From: Utricularia gibba
Lineage: Eukaryota > Plantae > Magnoliophyta
Assembly (NCBI GenBank): GCA_002189035.1
Contig: CM007989.1
Span: 4,340,001 to 4,404,000 of the forward strand
Length of the DNA stretch: 64,000 bases
Reading direction: 5' to 3'
Part shown: positions 50,709-62,748 of the stretch, in pieces
Layout: every line of letters starts with the position of its first letter
Numbering within the stretch: the first letter of the stretch is position 1
The notes under the pieces: model-generated
The model's input: only the letters and a program-made list of their open reading frames with translations
What the model was told of the DNA's origin: nothing
Database searches by the model: none
Position numbers and translations under genes: made by a program

Positions 50709-53236
50709 GGACTAAAAGTTGGTCTTGGAAAAATGTTAGAATGTAGATGAAACAAGATCATCACTATGAAACAAGATTGTGGATGTCTATGGGTTACAAA
50801 GTTTGCACACTCCATTGCTTAATGTTGATCATAAATCGTTTAATAACTTGAGTTGGGTTTCTCTACTATAAGAGTATAAACAACAATAAATAGATGAAAG
50901 AAGAGAGAAGGAATAGTTACTTTGCTATGGAGAATGTGTTCAAGTGTTAGGTATCTTTGTTTGGTCTGTATGACTATTTTGATATTTGTTAATTTTCTAG
51001 AGAAATCTACTTGTTCAAACTATGTGTCTATTCAAAATGAAGAGCCCCTTGTGCTCATAGTGTGTTTGGACAAGTACACGATGTGAGAATTCCCTACCAA
51101 CAGAGATAAATGTTTGAGTTTGTCATCTTTTTTTATGTTTAGACTGTGAAGCTTGTGTTGTCCAAGGGGAATCCATACTACGTTTGTGATCCTAGTGTCC
51201 TTGTAAAATCTTGTAGAGAGAAATCAAAGTTTATTGAGAAGAAGTAGCTATTCATTTTTATTGCTATTGCTATTGCTATACTTCATTTCATGGATCTTCA
51301 AAGTCAAATTGTGCTTCTTTGTTATTTTTCATAAAAGAAAATACATCGAAAAGCCGGATCACCATTAACACAATTACGACTAATCCCCAGATACAGTCAT
51401 GTGAGACCCAATTTTCAATAACTGTTGCCACTCACAACAGTAACAAATTTTCTAATGCTTCCATAGAGTTTGCAAGGTGGTTATCACCTACATTTACGTC
51501 CAGGAAAGTGGCCATTATTTGATGAGTGCTACTAACAATGTTTCAACTAGTGATTATGAAGATAGGGAGTCAATTGTTTGATAGGTATTCATGAAAAACT
51601 AATGTTTTTATAGTCTCACTAACGATTCTATAGTTAGCTGTTTGTTCCATCTGTATAATAGTCTAGGAATAAAGCTCCCGAAAAGCCCCTTTGGTTGCAT
51701 CAATTGATACACAAATAATGAGGGTATGGGGTTAAGCCTATGAGCTTCTATGGCTGACAAAGAAGAGTGCACCAGAAGGTGATCTGATGAGAGAATGGAA
51801 AGAAACAATGTTTGTTAAGTGTTTTTTAACAATTAGCAAACTCACAATAGGAAGAAGGAACATGATGGGTACATTGCTTAGTTATTATCCATGGTTAGTT
51901 GGGTTAACAAGTTCGGAAGTAAATGAAATTCATCCTTGTGGCTTATCTAATGCAATGTACAAGATTAATATTGTGCTTCAGAGGTATAAATGTGAAAACA
52001 AGTTGAGGGAAATACATAAACTACATAACTCAGCTTCACAGGAATGTGACTAATGGAATTACCATCTAATTTTATTGACTAAATACTAATCTAAAAATTA
52101 TGGAATTTCATGGAAATATTCTTATATCATAAGGAATGACTCTAGAAGGGTTTAAATATTAAATACCTTCCAAAATCATTTGGAAGTTTCATTATGAATT
52201 TTCATACGAATCAGATCAGTTACTCATTGGTAGAACTAAATAACAAGTTGATGGTTGCTTAGAGGAATGCTTCTTCTTAAGACAAGAGTACTCCCATCAT
52301 AGTTGAATTAGGTGATCATGTAAAAAAGATTGAGGAAGCACTAATCAAAGCAAGTCATGAGTGCCTATGAGCAACAAACATGTTACAATCAAGTATTATC
52401 ACATACTCCAGATATGTCCTTCCGCAATAGTCCAAACAAAGTCATTTTTTTTTGCTTTGGAAACTAGACATGCAAAATAATAAATACCATATAATGAAAA
52501 GCTCAGATGCAAAATGGGAAAAATCACATAAAACACATAGGTAGTACATTAACTTATGAAGAATGAAACCTTGAGCATATATTTCCATATTTAACTATTT
52601 TAGAAATGAAAGGATTCATTTGAGGTTGATTCCTCTTTTTGCACAGATTATTAGCATGATGAGCGTTGTTTATCTAGTTTCTAAAAATAATAATTTTATA
52701 AATGATAGTTATGCTTACCATGTTTACACAATGGGAAGTTTCTCTTCTTTCTCTTCTTACTTTCTTTATCTTTGTTTCCATCATATTTCCCCTAACTATT
52801 TTTCTAGGAGTTGTAGTTTTTTTGGTTGCTACCTTGTTGAAATGGAGAACAATAAAGTCTATGTCAATGGGAGTATTTTGTATTACTTATAAACAACTTA
52901 ATCAAATTATAAATAGTAAACTTATTAAATAAGTGTTTTTTTAATTTATAAGTTATGATTTATAAGTTAATTATATGTAGTATTTTAAAAATAGTTATAT
53001 AGTAACTTAATTGTAACTTAAATAAAAAAATTCTATGAAATTACTTAAATGTTTTTATACTAAAATATAAAATGACAGAATTTTTATTTCTTTGGAATAT
53101 TTCTCCATCGACTTTTTTATGGGGGTTTGCGGTGGGATTTTGGTTTAAATTTTATTGAGAGGTTATGAAGGTGAATTTGAATATAAAAAATGAGTATTTA
53201 TTTAAATGTGAAATTTGATTGAAATAGATGTTTAAT

Positions 53237-54417
53237 TGATGATGAATCTGCAAGTGTACAGAAACCGTCGAAGTAATAAAATAAGATCGTATCCACAAGA
53301 AATTGTTATTGAAATTTTTTTTCAAAACAAATACTTAAAAAGACTGAAAACAAAAGAAAAATTTGATTTTGAAGACAATAAGAAAAAGTGGCATTGGATC
53401 TAAAATACACCTTACTTGAAACTTGTCTTTGCGTGTGTGCAAATCTTGAGAACTGACCTGCTTGCGCAAATTTTGGAGGTGCAATGCGAAAATAGTGCTA
53501 CTCGGTGACCGTTATAACACCGTCTCTTGTTTTATGGGATTATGGAATCAACCATGCCACTAGAGCTCTTTCACCTCTTGTGATAACTCATGTTTTTCCC
53601 ACACCCAGATTTAACCCTTACATCTCTCATCTCATAGACTAATTAGACAAAATGTGTCTTATCAACGATGTTCGATTGAGACTTTCTCCTTAGGTGCTTA
53701 AGGTCAACTTTTGATTCTCCCACACTCCTTTAGGGTTATATGGTACTAAAGATCACGTTAGTAAAGAAAACATTGCGAAAAACAGAATCAAACCTCAAAT
53801 TAAATGCTAAAAAACATAGTAAAACAGTCACACACGCAAGACTTGCGCAAGCAAGGCTTCACAACAGACCCTTAGCCGGAAACGCTCACACGCACATGCT
53901 CGACTCTAAACAACAAAAGTTGATGAAAAGCGAAAGGGAAGACATCCAAAACATGCTAGACTCGACTCTAAACCCTAAATTGACTCTCTGATCGTCCACA
54001 CCCTCAATCTTCGGGTTTGGTTCTTTATGTAATGGTGGGGACTTGTCGGACTTTCTTGATGGGCTCATATCAAATCTTCTATCTGGATCTTCTAAAATTT
54101 GATATGGATCTTCTAGGATAAGACTAAATTTTCCAAGATAATATACAAATCTTATTTTATCCAAGAATCTTTGACCAAGTCTTCATCCAAATAGACCAAA
54201 TCCTTGCCTCTATCAAAGTCAACACGAAAATCCTCCAAATTATTCCAAAATTGTACTGCAAAATCACAAAACACACTTTTCCCCCAAAAATATCAAAGTG
54301 GTATGAAAGATATAAAATTCTTCTAAAAACATAAGAAAAATTAGATAAAAAGAATGCAAAACCTATTTAAATGAGTCCTAAAAAATACAAATATAAGTGA
54401 CATAAAATCACTTATCA
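53237..54417 (-). mobile_element. Athila-like solo LTR (1181 bp), second family
   Basis: TGATGA...TTATCA termini and perfect TSD TTAAT. The reverse complement carries GTGGATACGATC...GTACACTTGCAG, typical of Athila LTR 3' ends. Confidence 0.8.
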
Positions 54418-54615
54418 TTAATTATACATGAAATTTAGTATTATTACTTGAAATAAATATTTAATTATATCAAACAATATTAACTCTTATTTACGACTTT
54501 TATAAATAAATTAAAACAAACAATTCCTACTTATTTTTTTACTTTAAGTTAACTTTTAATTACTATTACTTATAAATTAATTTATTATATAAGTAATGTA
54601 AAACACCTTCAATAA

Positions 54616-55157
54616 TGATGAGGGATAAATCGGATCAAGATTATCGACCTTTGAAAAGGAGCCAAAAGGTGTCTTGACAAACCGGCACATGTCAGCAGAT
54701 CGATAAGTGTCAGAATTGCCAGCAGCGATCATTTTGAACAGTCTAAAAAGTAGTTGAATTACGAAAATGGCAGGGCAGTCGCCGGTTATCTAAAAGCAGA
54801 AACACAGTATGTATAGCAGGCACAGAAAGAAATCGACATCTACAGAATTCAGAATTCGGTCAGATCAATCTCTCCTATAAATGTAAGAAATTCTGAAGAA
54901 GAAAAGGTTAAACTCTAAGCTATCTAATCTGTATCTTTTCTACACCTCTGTTTAGTGAAAACCATTTTTCGACGAACTCTGACAGTTTGTGGTTTTTCTG
55001 TTCTCCAACGGTTTTTACGTTAAAATCTCTGCCTTTATTTCTATTAACTGCATCGCATCACATGGAGCACTGGAGTCATAATTGGGCATGATGCATCCGG
55101 CCACACCCACAATCCCTAAATCAGTTTCCACCCTAACGCCAATTTTCAACCACAACA
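54616..55157 (+). mobile_element. Solo LTR, family X copy C (542 bp)
   Basis: TGATGAGGG...CCACAACA, perfect TSD AATAA, internal CCTATAAATG; collinear with copy B. Confidence 0.88.
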
Positions 55158-55177
55158 AATAATATGATCTCTATTAG

Positions 55178-55740
55178 TCATCCTAGATTCAAGAGCTTGA
55201 AGTGCACTACATAATTTAAGGATATTAAGATTTGGATATTCGACCTATGTTCCAAGAAGGAGGTCGTTGGCTCAAAAAAAAAAAAAAAAAAATGTACGAC
55301 ATACATAATTTTCTTGTCTAAAATGAACTCACTCTTTGTGCCATCTAATACCGGAAGTTGGATGACAAGTTTCATTAACCGATCAATGTAGGCCTCAATC
55401 TCTTTTGAGCGAGCATCTCTCTGAAATTTAGTCTTCAGCTTGTCACAAATTTCTTTGGCTGTTTTGCAAGCCAAAGTTCTTGGAATGATGGATTTGTCCA
55501 TCCTAGAATAAAAAACCAACTTGGCTTGTCTCTTTCCCTAACTTGTAGATCTTTCAATCGTGTGGTTCTTTACAATGAAGCATATGTTGAGAATACCTCA
55601 AGTTGAACAGGTTTTCCAGAGCTTCATAATTTTGGTCATTGAATTTCCATATTGCTCCTGAATGTGTTATGATTTCAAGCTCTCATATCACTTGTGAGAC
55701 AAATGATTATCAACTTTGGCATTTAATTAGTATCTTCATG
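55178..55740 (-). mobile_element. Ty1/copia gag fragment
   Basis: DKSIIPRTLACKTAKEICDKLKTKFQRDARSK matches copia gag (IF.RI..C.TAKEAWD.L..EF). Confidence 0.7.
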
Positions 55741-56087
55741 AATGAAGATTGAGCTTATTATCAAATGGGCCGGGAATGTTTGTTCTGGGGTTCGATTCTT
55801 TTAGGCCCAATAAGTAATCCTTTCTCCTAGTGCATTAAACCGAAAAATCAATCACCGTTTCTATATCTGGGTGATGAGTGATCATCTCTTCTAGACCTTG
55901 TGAGGAGCCTTTTGATTACAATCGGCATAGCCGGAAGTGCTGAATCTGGGGAGTGTGATTGGATTGCAGCATCGGATTAGGAATAACGAAAATCCACAAG
56001 GTCATACATCCGTTCACTGTTGTCTTCTTCGACTGTGAAAGGCCTGCCGCCATTTGCCATTCATCAGATCTGGAGAAGAGGAGAGAA

Positions 56088-56962
56088 ATGGAGACGGCGA
56101 TATTAGATTTGACGATCGTGCCTGGGGTATAGCGATTATGTTGGTTTATCACTTTTGGCTTCTTCGTCAGATTCTTCGCCACCCCACAACCACAGTCATC
56201 GGTATCAATGCACTTAATCGCCAGCTTTGGGTCCGCGCCATGATGGAGGTTTTCCACTACTCATGCACTGTTTTTCCATAGTATTTGGTTCTCTGATTCT
56301 GGTGTCTTCTTGGTTTTCAATGATAAATTTTTAGGATTATAGTGAGTAGTGAACACTACTCTAGTGAAAGAGTGATTTTTGGGGACTGGTTTGATGTTTA
56401 GGATCCAAAAAATGGGATTTTGGCAGTACAAACGCTACGGAACAACATAATGGCGTCCACCCTTTTGGCGTCGACGGCGATCATGTTGAGCTCCGCAATC
56501 GCCGCCCTGATGTCGAGCGGCGGAGGAGGGCAATGCGCATCCATCTTCATCGCTAGTAGCAGCACCACACAAGTCACATGCACCCTGAAGTTCTTCTCAA
56601 TCCTCATCTGCTTCCTCTTGGCATTCCTCCTGAATGTGCAGTCCATCAGGTACTTCAGCCACGCAAGTATCCTCATAAATGTCCCCAACCAGGTTCAGAA
56701 TGGAAGGAACATGGGCGTGTCCGCCGAGTTCGTGGGAAGAATAATAAACAGAGGATGCCATTTCTGGTCTCTGGGATTGAGAGCCTTCTACTTCTCCTTC
56801 CCTCTGTTTCTGTGGATCTTCGGGGCGGTTCACATGTTCCTGTGCTGCGTTTTCATGGTGGCATTGCTCTACTTTTTAGATGTGTCTTCTGAATCTGAAG
56901 CCGCGGATTCTAATGGCAGTGGTGAGGAATGCAGCCATCCGGAGATGACCGGTTTTGTCTAA
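56088..56962 (+). CDS. DUF599 family membrane protein; 2 exons (56088-56248, 56402-56962), with an apparent 1-nt deletion in exon 1
   Basis: LDLTIVP.GIAIMLVYHFWLL..I..HPTTTVIG.N...WVRAMME|DPKNGILAVQTLRNNIMASTLLA...NVQSIRYFSHAS...FWSLGLRAFYFSFPLFLWIFG. Exon 1 is 161 nt and 162 is needed. Confidence 0.92.
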
Positions 56963-58163
56963 GTTTTTGTCTCATTACATGTGCTTTGATAGCCGCCGGT
57001 GTGTAATGAATCATCTTCACAACTCATTAAATCAATTGCTGCATATTATTCTTCATTTATTTGTTGCATGCATTTTAATTGCATACAACATATTAATTAT
57101 ATAATTACACTTTAGCAATATATACATAAGTAGTTAATTCATATTAAACGTTTTCAATCAACTTAATAAAATAATAATCTAATATAAAAATAAAAAGAAA
57201 AAATTATTCATTAGACGTGAATGCCTCGTTTTTTTAAAAAAAAAAAATAGCCATGCCTCATATAACCCATGCCCATAATAAGGGCATTGATTTTTTTATT
57301 CTTAATAAAAACCATAGGTATGAATCAATTTCAAACCATTGGTTCAAAATTGTAATTCTGTAAGTTAAAACCAATTGAACCGACGATTTGAAACTATAGT
57401 TTTATGATTCATAAAATATTGAAACGATTTGACATCATATGTTTCTTGTTTCAAAATTTGAATGAATAAAAAATTAAATTTTGAATATAAAACAATGTCA
57501 ATTATATTTTCATATATGGATATAGACTTTGTAACCCAATTTAGTATACAAATATTGAAAAAAGTTTCTTTTTTAATTATACTAAAAAATAGTGTAAAAA
57601 AAAAATAATAGGCAAAACATTATTTTTGAAAAATTAAAAAATTCAGTTATGTAATTAATGCATAAGAAATAAATAAAATAGTGTTGTTAAATTTATTTTG
57701 TTAATTCTATAAATAATTAAAATTATTTATTTCTTTTAAATATATTTTTAGAAACATTTTTTTCCAATAATTTATTTTTTAAAATGATAAAAAGAGATAA
57801 TTTTTTATAATTGTTATTTTTTAAAAAACCTTTGTTACACACATGTAAAAATATTTAATATACAAATTTATTACACAAATATATATATATATATATTTAT
57901 ATATATAATGTTTTTATAATTTATTATATGTGTTTTCTAAATAAGTTTTTTGAATTTACTTGTTTTTTTTTTTCTAAGTATCAGTTTTTATAATAATTAT
58001 TATTTTTTTGAAATACTTTGTTTTATACGTATATACAAAAATACATATATTGTAATATATTTACACAAACAAAGTAATTAAAAATTAAGATAAAGGATAT
58101 TCAATCAATATTATTCACTTTTCTGCATAATAGTATTTAGGTAGGGGAGGCCTGTGGGTCAAT

Positions 58164-60076
58164 TCATTTGAAGGGGCGACAAGCATAGCGGGCGCAGCCC
58201 AACCCCGTGTTGCTGTTGTACGGGAAAAGACAAACCGGCCGCCCCTCCGGCAGCTGGGGCATCATGCGCTCGTCGTTCAAATACTCCACGACGGCGTCCA
58301 TCGATGGGCGCCCCTTGTCCTCATTCATCGTGCACATTAACCCGATTTCCATGACCCGAACCGCTTGATCAACGACCACCATCGCACCCATCCTACGGTC
58401 CACAAACTTCGCCTTCTCCTTCATCTCATGCATCCTCCAGGCTGCATCCAACACCTGGCCTGCTGCTGCAGCTGCTCCCATCCCCGTCCCCGACACGATC
58501 TCCAGTACCAGAACCCCGAACTCGAAGACATCCGCTCGTTGTCGGATGCTTGATTCGAATTTGGGGCTGTGAGGGTCCGCCGACCCGAACCCGTAATCGC
58601 CTAAAACGGATCGCAAGCTCATGTCCAGGAAAACGCTGCTTGACTTGACGTTCTTGTGCGGCAGGCCTCGTGAGTGGAGATGCCTCAGGGCATCGGCCAC
58701 GTCTTTAATGATCCTCAGCCGTCGATTCCACGTCAGATTTCCATCTTGGGCCATGTATTGGGCCAGCGTACCGTTGGGGGTAAACTCGTAAATGACTATG
58801 GTCTCGGCGTCCTGGAAGCACCACCCTCTGATGGCTACCAAATTCGGGTGACGAATTTTCCCGATTTGTTTGATTTCCTTGATCATCGTCTTCCTGTTGG
58901 CGGACTCGGCGAAGCTTCTAGAATATCTCTTCACGACGACGTCGTTTGGGAGAAAACCCTTGTAGCTCACGCTATTGGAATCGCTTCCCAGGATTCGTAC
59001 ATCGGAAAATCCGCCGGTGGCGGAGGAGACCGCTGCGGCGCTGAAATTCCGGGGGCGAATTGGTGGGCAAGGGTTTTTGAGAGCATCATCTTCTTCCGAA
59101 TTCTTCGGCTTCTTGTGTCTACGGATGAAGTAAAATCCAACTGCGACCACCACAGCCAGGAGGAACAGAGATAGAACTATGTAGAAGCTAATAGGGGCTT
59201 CTCTGTGTTGACTGCCGGAGTTTTTCGGGTTTTCTAATGATATTTTGCTCTGGCAGCTTTCAGCCGACGGCAGCCGGAGAAAAGCGCGGCTCACGGCAGT
59301 GAAATTCCAGGAGCAAACAGCGTGGTTCTGTGTGTAGTTTTCCCCAGTAGAACCGGAGAATCCGACGAACATGTATTCCTTCAGATAAGGCGAGAGGTTT
59401 AGTTTACCAGAGTAACCTGGTTTCGAAGGCTGAACAGTTGTATCAGATCCGAGGTAAATCTCTATGAATTGTCTTTCGCCGTCGTAGTTAATCCAAAGTC
59501 GATGGATCTCACCGTCGTCGAGGTGGATACCGAAGTCGGAGGCGTTGATCGTCCCCGAAGAAGCGACGCTGCCGAGATTAATTCCGATGTGATTATCATT
59601 GATGTCGTGGAACTCAGGGTTCATCCGAGTGTCAATTTCAACTGCAAACACCTTATACTCGTCGTCGCAAGCGTCGTTCATCATCGCGAGCCACGGCCCC
59701 GGCCGGCCGACGGTTAATTCGTCGGGGACGAAGATGAAGCTGAGACCTCCGGTTGCCGGCTTGCCAGAGATCCGGAAGGAGAAGGAAGTGGAGAAGGAAG
59801 CCGAAGTGCCGGTGGCTGGATCCAGTAAACGGACTGGAGATGAATAGATTGCTCTTCCCGCCGATAATCTGAGCTCCTCGTTCGGGATTTGGATGCAGCC
59901 ATTTTCCAGAGAGTTCCCGGCGTTACCTAAGAAAGTGATGTCTTGCGGGAACCTCCCGCGAAATTCGGAAAGAAAAGGTTCTTCGTGATGTTGATCTCTT
60001 GCCGGAGATCCGCAGATCGGACGGCTGTGGGACGAGTGAGCATTACGAAGAAGACGAAGAGGCCATGAAGAAACAT
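58164..60076 (-). CDS. Intronless L-type (legume) lectin receptor-like kinase with a degenerate kinase domain; apparent 1-nt deletion at 59947-59949
   Basis: Signal peptide MFLHGLFVFFVML; GRAIYSSPVRL; FAVEIDT...DINDNHIGI; YMFVGFSGSTG; TM IVLSLFLLAVVVAVGFYFI; RHPNLVAIRGWC; HKNVKSSSVFLD. The span is 1913 nt and 1914 is needed. Confidence 0.9.
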
Positions 60077-60446
60077 CACACCCGGGAAGATGATCTTTCG
60101 ATCCGCCCCAAAATTTCGTATATTAATATTATTTTTTTGATATCGAGGTGATGTGTGGTAACGCTGTTTATATAGATATTTTCCAATATTTAATTGATTT
60201 ATAAAATTATTAAATAATTCATTTAATTTTGTTTATCCATTTTTTTCACATGAAATTTTTTATCAAACAAATTTAAATTTTATATTTTAAAATTTATTTA
60301 TCGAATATATATCCAATAATTTTTAATCATATATACTAACAATTTACTATTTTACCAATTAAAAATTCGTAAATTCTCCAAAGCCTTGTTGGATAATCAT
60401 TTTTAATCGCGAGGGTTATCGCTGAAGAGACAAAATTACCCTTACC

Positions 60447-60860
60447 TGCCACCAAACGCCGTCTCTATCCATGAACTGAACACGTTGCTGTTCTCTGGTT
60501 TTGGAAGAGGAGTTCCATCTTCTCAGACGAAGGAATGCTCACGGTGGTAAGATGTCGATTGACGGTGTGTAATGATGCTGGAGCCTGGAGATGTTTAATT
60601 CTCTTCCTGAATCTGGAAAAACCGAGGGGAACGATGTGGATCCGCCAATGGCTAGGGATTTATCGGAGGCGGCTGTGGTTGTGTGGAGAAAATGAATGAA
60701 CCGTGCGTCGCTGCTCTGAAACCTAAAGCTACGGTGGTATCGGAGGGTTTCCGTCGCCGGACACCAACACTGATGTCATCGCCGTCATCCTTCCCGTCGA
60801 CGTGGTCGCCCTCCGCCGTCGAAGCTGAAACTAGGTTATACGCCGTGAACCGAATAATCT
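60447..60860 (-). other. GC-rich exon-like segment ending in a consensus splice donor, upstream of the LecRK
   Basis: The segment is GC-rich relative to its AT-rich flanks and ends GGCAG|GTAAGG at 60446/60445. There is no long open frame. Confidence 0.35.
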
Positions 60861-61009
60861 GTTTATCTTAATTGTTAATTGTGTGGTTAATTATGATTAC
60901 GAAACACGTGTCATGACACGATTGGGTTCTCCAAAAGTGAAAAGCATGGGAATCATTCATATGGTCCTTTTGATGTTGAAAAATTGTGCACAAGTTTGTT
61001 ATCTGAACG

Positions 61010-61175
61010 TTAAGCTGGGGGCCCACTCACGTAGCGCGGCACCAGATGGATGAATATTTGGGCTTATGGTGAAGTGGGCCGAGGCCCAAATCGCTTCACC
61101 CGAAATAAACGGGTGCAAAAAGCTTCTAGAAGGTTACGGGTTCCTCCCAAAATCCAAGGATAGGGGTTTGTGAAT
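61010..61175. promoter_or_regulatory. Site II cluster and telo-box-like motif in the LecRK/FAM32A divergent gap
   Basis: GGGCCCA, TTGGGCTT, GTGGGCC, GGCCCAAA within ~80 bp, and TAGGGGTTTG at ~61161. Confidence 0.5.
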
Positions 61176-61224
61176 AGTGAATTTGGCGGAGAAGGAAAGC
61201 TAGGGAGCTTGCGTTTCAGGAGGG

Positions 61225-62327
61225 ATGTCTGGATACGAGAATGCTGTTGGAGGGAGGCTTAAGCTCAAGGGAAAGGCGCTTGATGTCAAAGCCGCTGGGA
61301 TGAAAAAGAAGAAAAGTCAAAAGAAAAAGTACGAAGAAATCTCTCAATCCGTAGACAGTAAGTTTTTTTTTTTTTTTTCCTTCATGGAGTGCTGTTTCAG
61401 TTGGTTGATATCTATTCTAAAATTTTTCCCGTTTGTACAATTTTTTGGAGATTTTTCCCACTTTCTCGGGGCGAATGCGGGGAGGATATATTACATTTTG
61501 CTGCCCATGATGATTTTTTGTTTTATATGATTGGAAGTATATCTGGTTGTCCAATCTCTGATGTAACCTAAATTTGATTAGTCTGGGATACAGGTGTCGA
61601 TGCGTTGGCCCTAACCCGATTTCTCAGTCTCTGATTATGGTTCTGTAGGATGCTGGCACATACAGATGGAAATATTTTGTATTCACTAGCGTCTGATCTT
61701 CCTTTTTGTGTTAGATCATCTAGGATTATGAGCGTCAGTGATGCCCTGTCCCAGGTTGACTTTTGAATCATGATTAGCTTAATAGTTTGTTTGGATAATT
61801 CAGTGTACTCACTACTCAGTGGATTTGGTGCTGTTATTCCTTTGAGACTAATGCGGAATCCCAAAACTTAGATGTGGCGTATAGGGGTAGAAATTCCAGG
61901 GTCAATGTGTGCTATGAAAATTGGAAAACTGATGAAAGAAAATGGCAGTCTTTTGTAAGAGCGGAGTTATAAGTTGAAAGCCAAATGTTAAGAACATGGT
62001 GCACAGCCTAATCCATGTCTTTGCTTCCATCATTTTTTCCTGTTCATAACAATCTCATTTGTCACAGATGAGAATACACAGGCTGGCTCATATCTGAACA
62101 AGGAGGAGACTGATCCCTCCAAAACTTTGGGTGAAGGAAATTCCAGCAACTGGGATGATCATCTTACCCCTGCAGAGAGACGCTATATCGAACAAAGAGC
62201 GAAAATTGATTCGCATAAGCTGGCAAAGACATCCAACAAATCACACCGTGACCGTATTCAGGATTTCAATCAGTATCTTGCAAACATGAGTGAGCACTAT
62301 GACATTCCCAAGGTTGGACCGGGCTAA
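61225..62327 (+). CDS. FAM32A: FAM32A/DUF1754 family protein; 2 exons (61225-61357, 62068-62327), 130 aa
   Basis: YENAVGGRLKLKGK...DHLTPAERRY...KSHRDRIQDFNQYLANMSEHYDIPKVGPG*; phase-1 GT-AG intron. Confidence 0.92.
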
Positions 62328-62748
62328 AAGTCTTCCATCCACATTGAACGTACCTGTAAGATCAAGTCCTTGATTCTGAAACTCCAGTTCGGTTCTATCT
62401 GCACGCTTTTTCAAATGCATGTTATTGACCGGTTGGTTCTGTTTGATGGACAACTCTGTCATATTCAGTTAGTATTGTGTATGAGTGAATACATGCTTGT
62501 TAGAGTTTTAGCCATAAGTTCGTTTCTTTTTAATGTGTTGCTCATGTTCCAAAACTGGTGGATTTGAATCAACCTGGAAGGTGGTCTAAAAATACAAAAT
62601 TATTCACTGCTTTCCAGTAAGTAATTGCCCCCATTTCTCCTCAAATCCGAATGGATACATGTGTGCCTCTGAAGTTCTTTTGTCCTTATACCGCCGGGTA
62701 AAAAAAAATCAGGAAAGAAGTGTTTTCCAAATTGAAGCAACTTGCTTA

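Noticed and set aside
51300-52900. Scattered exon-like pieces as 5' exons of the MEBL pseudogene
   Set aside because: The CxxC-type motifs expected for MEBL could not be read convincingly in any frame
55274-55292. Poly(A) run as a LINE/retrogene tail
   Set aside because: No upstream LINE or processed-gene sequence on + and no TSD; it sits at the end of a copia gag fragment
58674-59174. Long antisense ORFs (58674-59174, 46002-46421, 868-1194, 3180-3512, 24265-24543)
   Set aside because: These are shadows of real coding exons on the opposite strand, with no motifs or independent gene signals
2227-59949. Programmed ribosomal frameshifting or RNA editing as the explanation of the four 1-nt gaps
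   Set aside because: No shared slippery heptamer or downstream structure, and no precedent for these families; consensus error is far simpler
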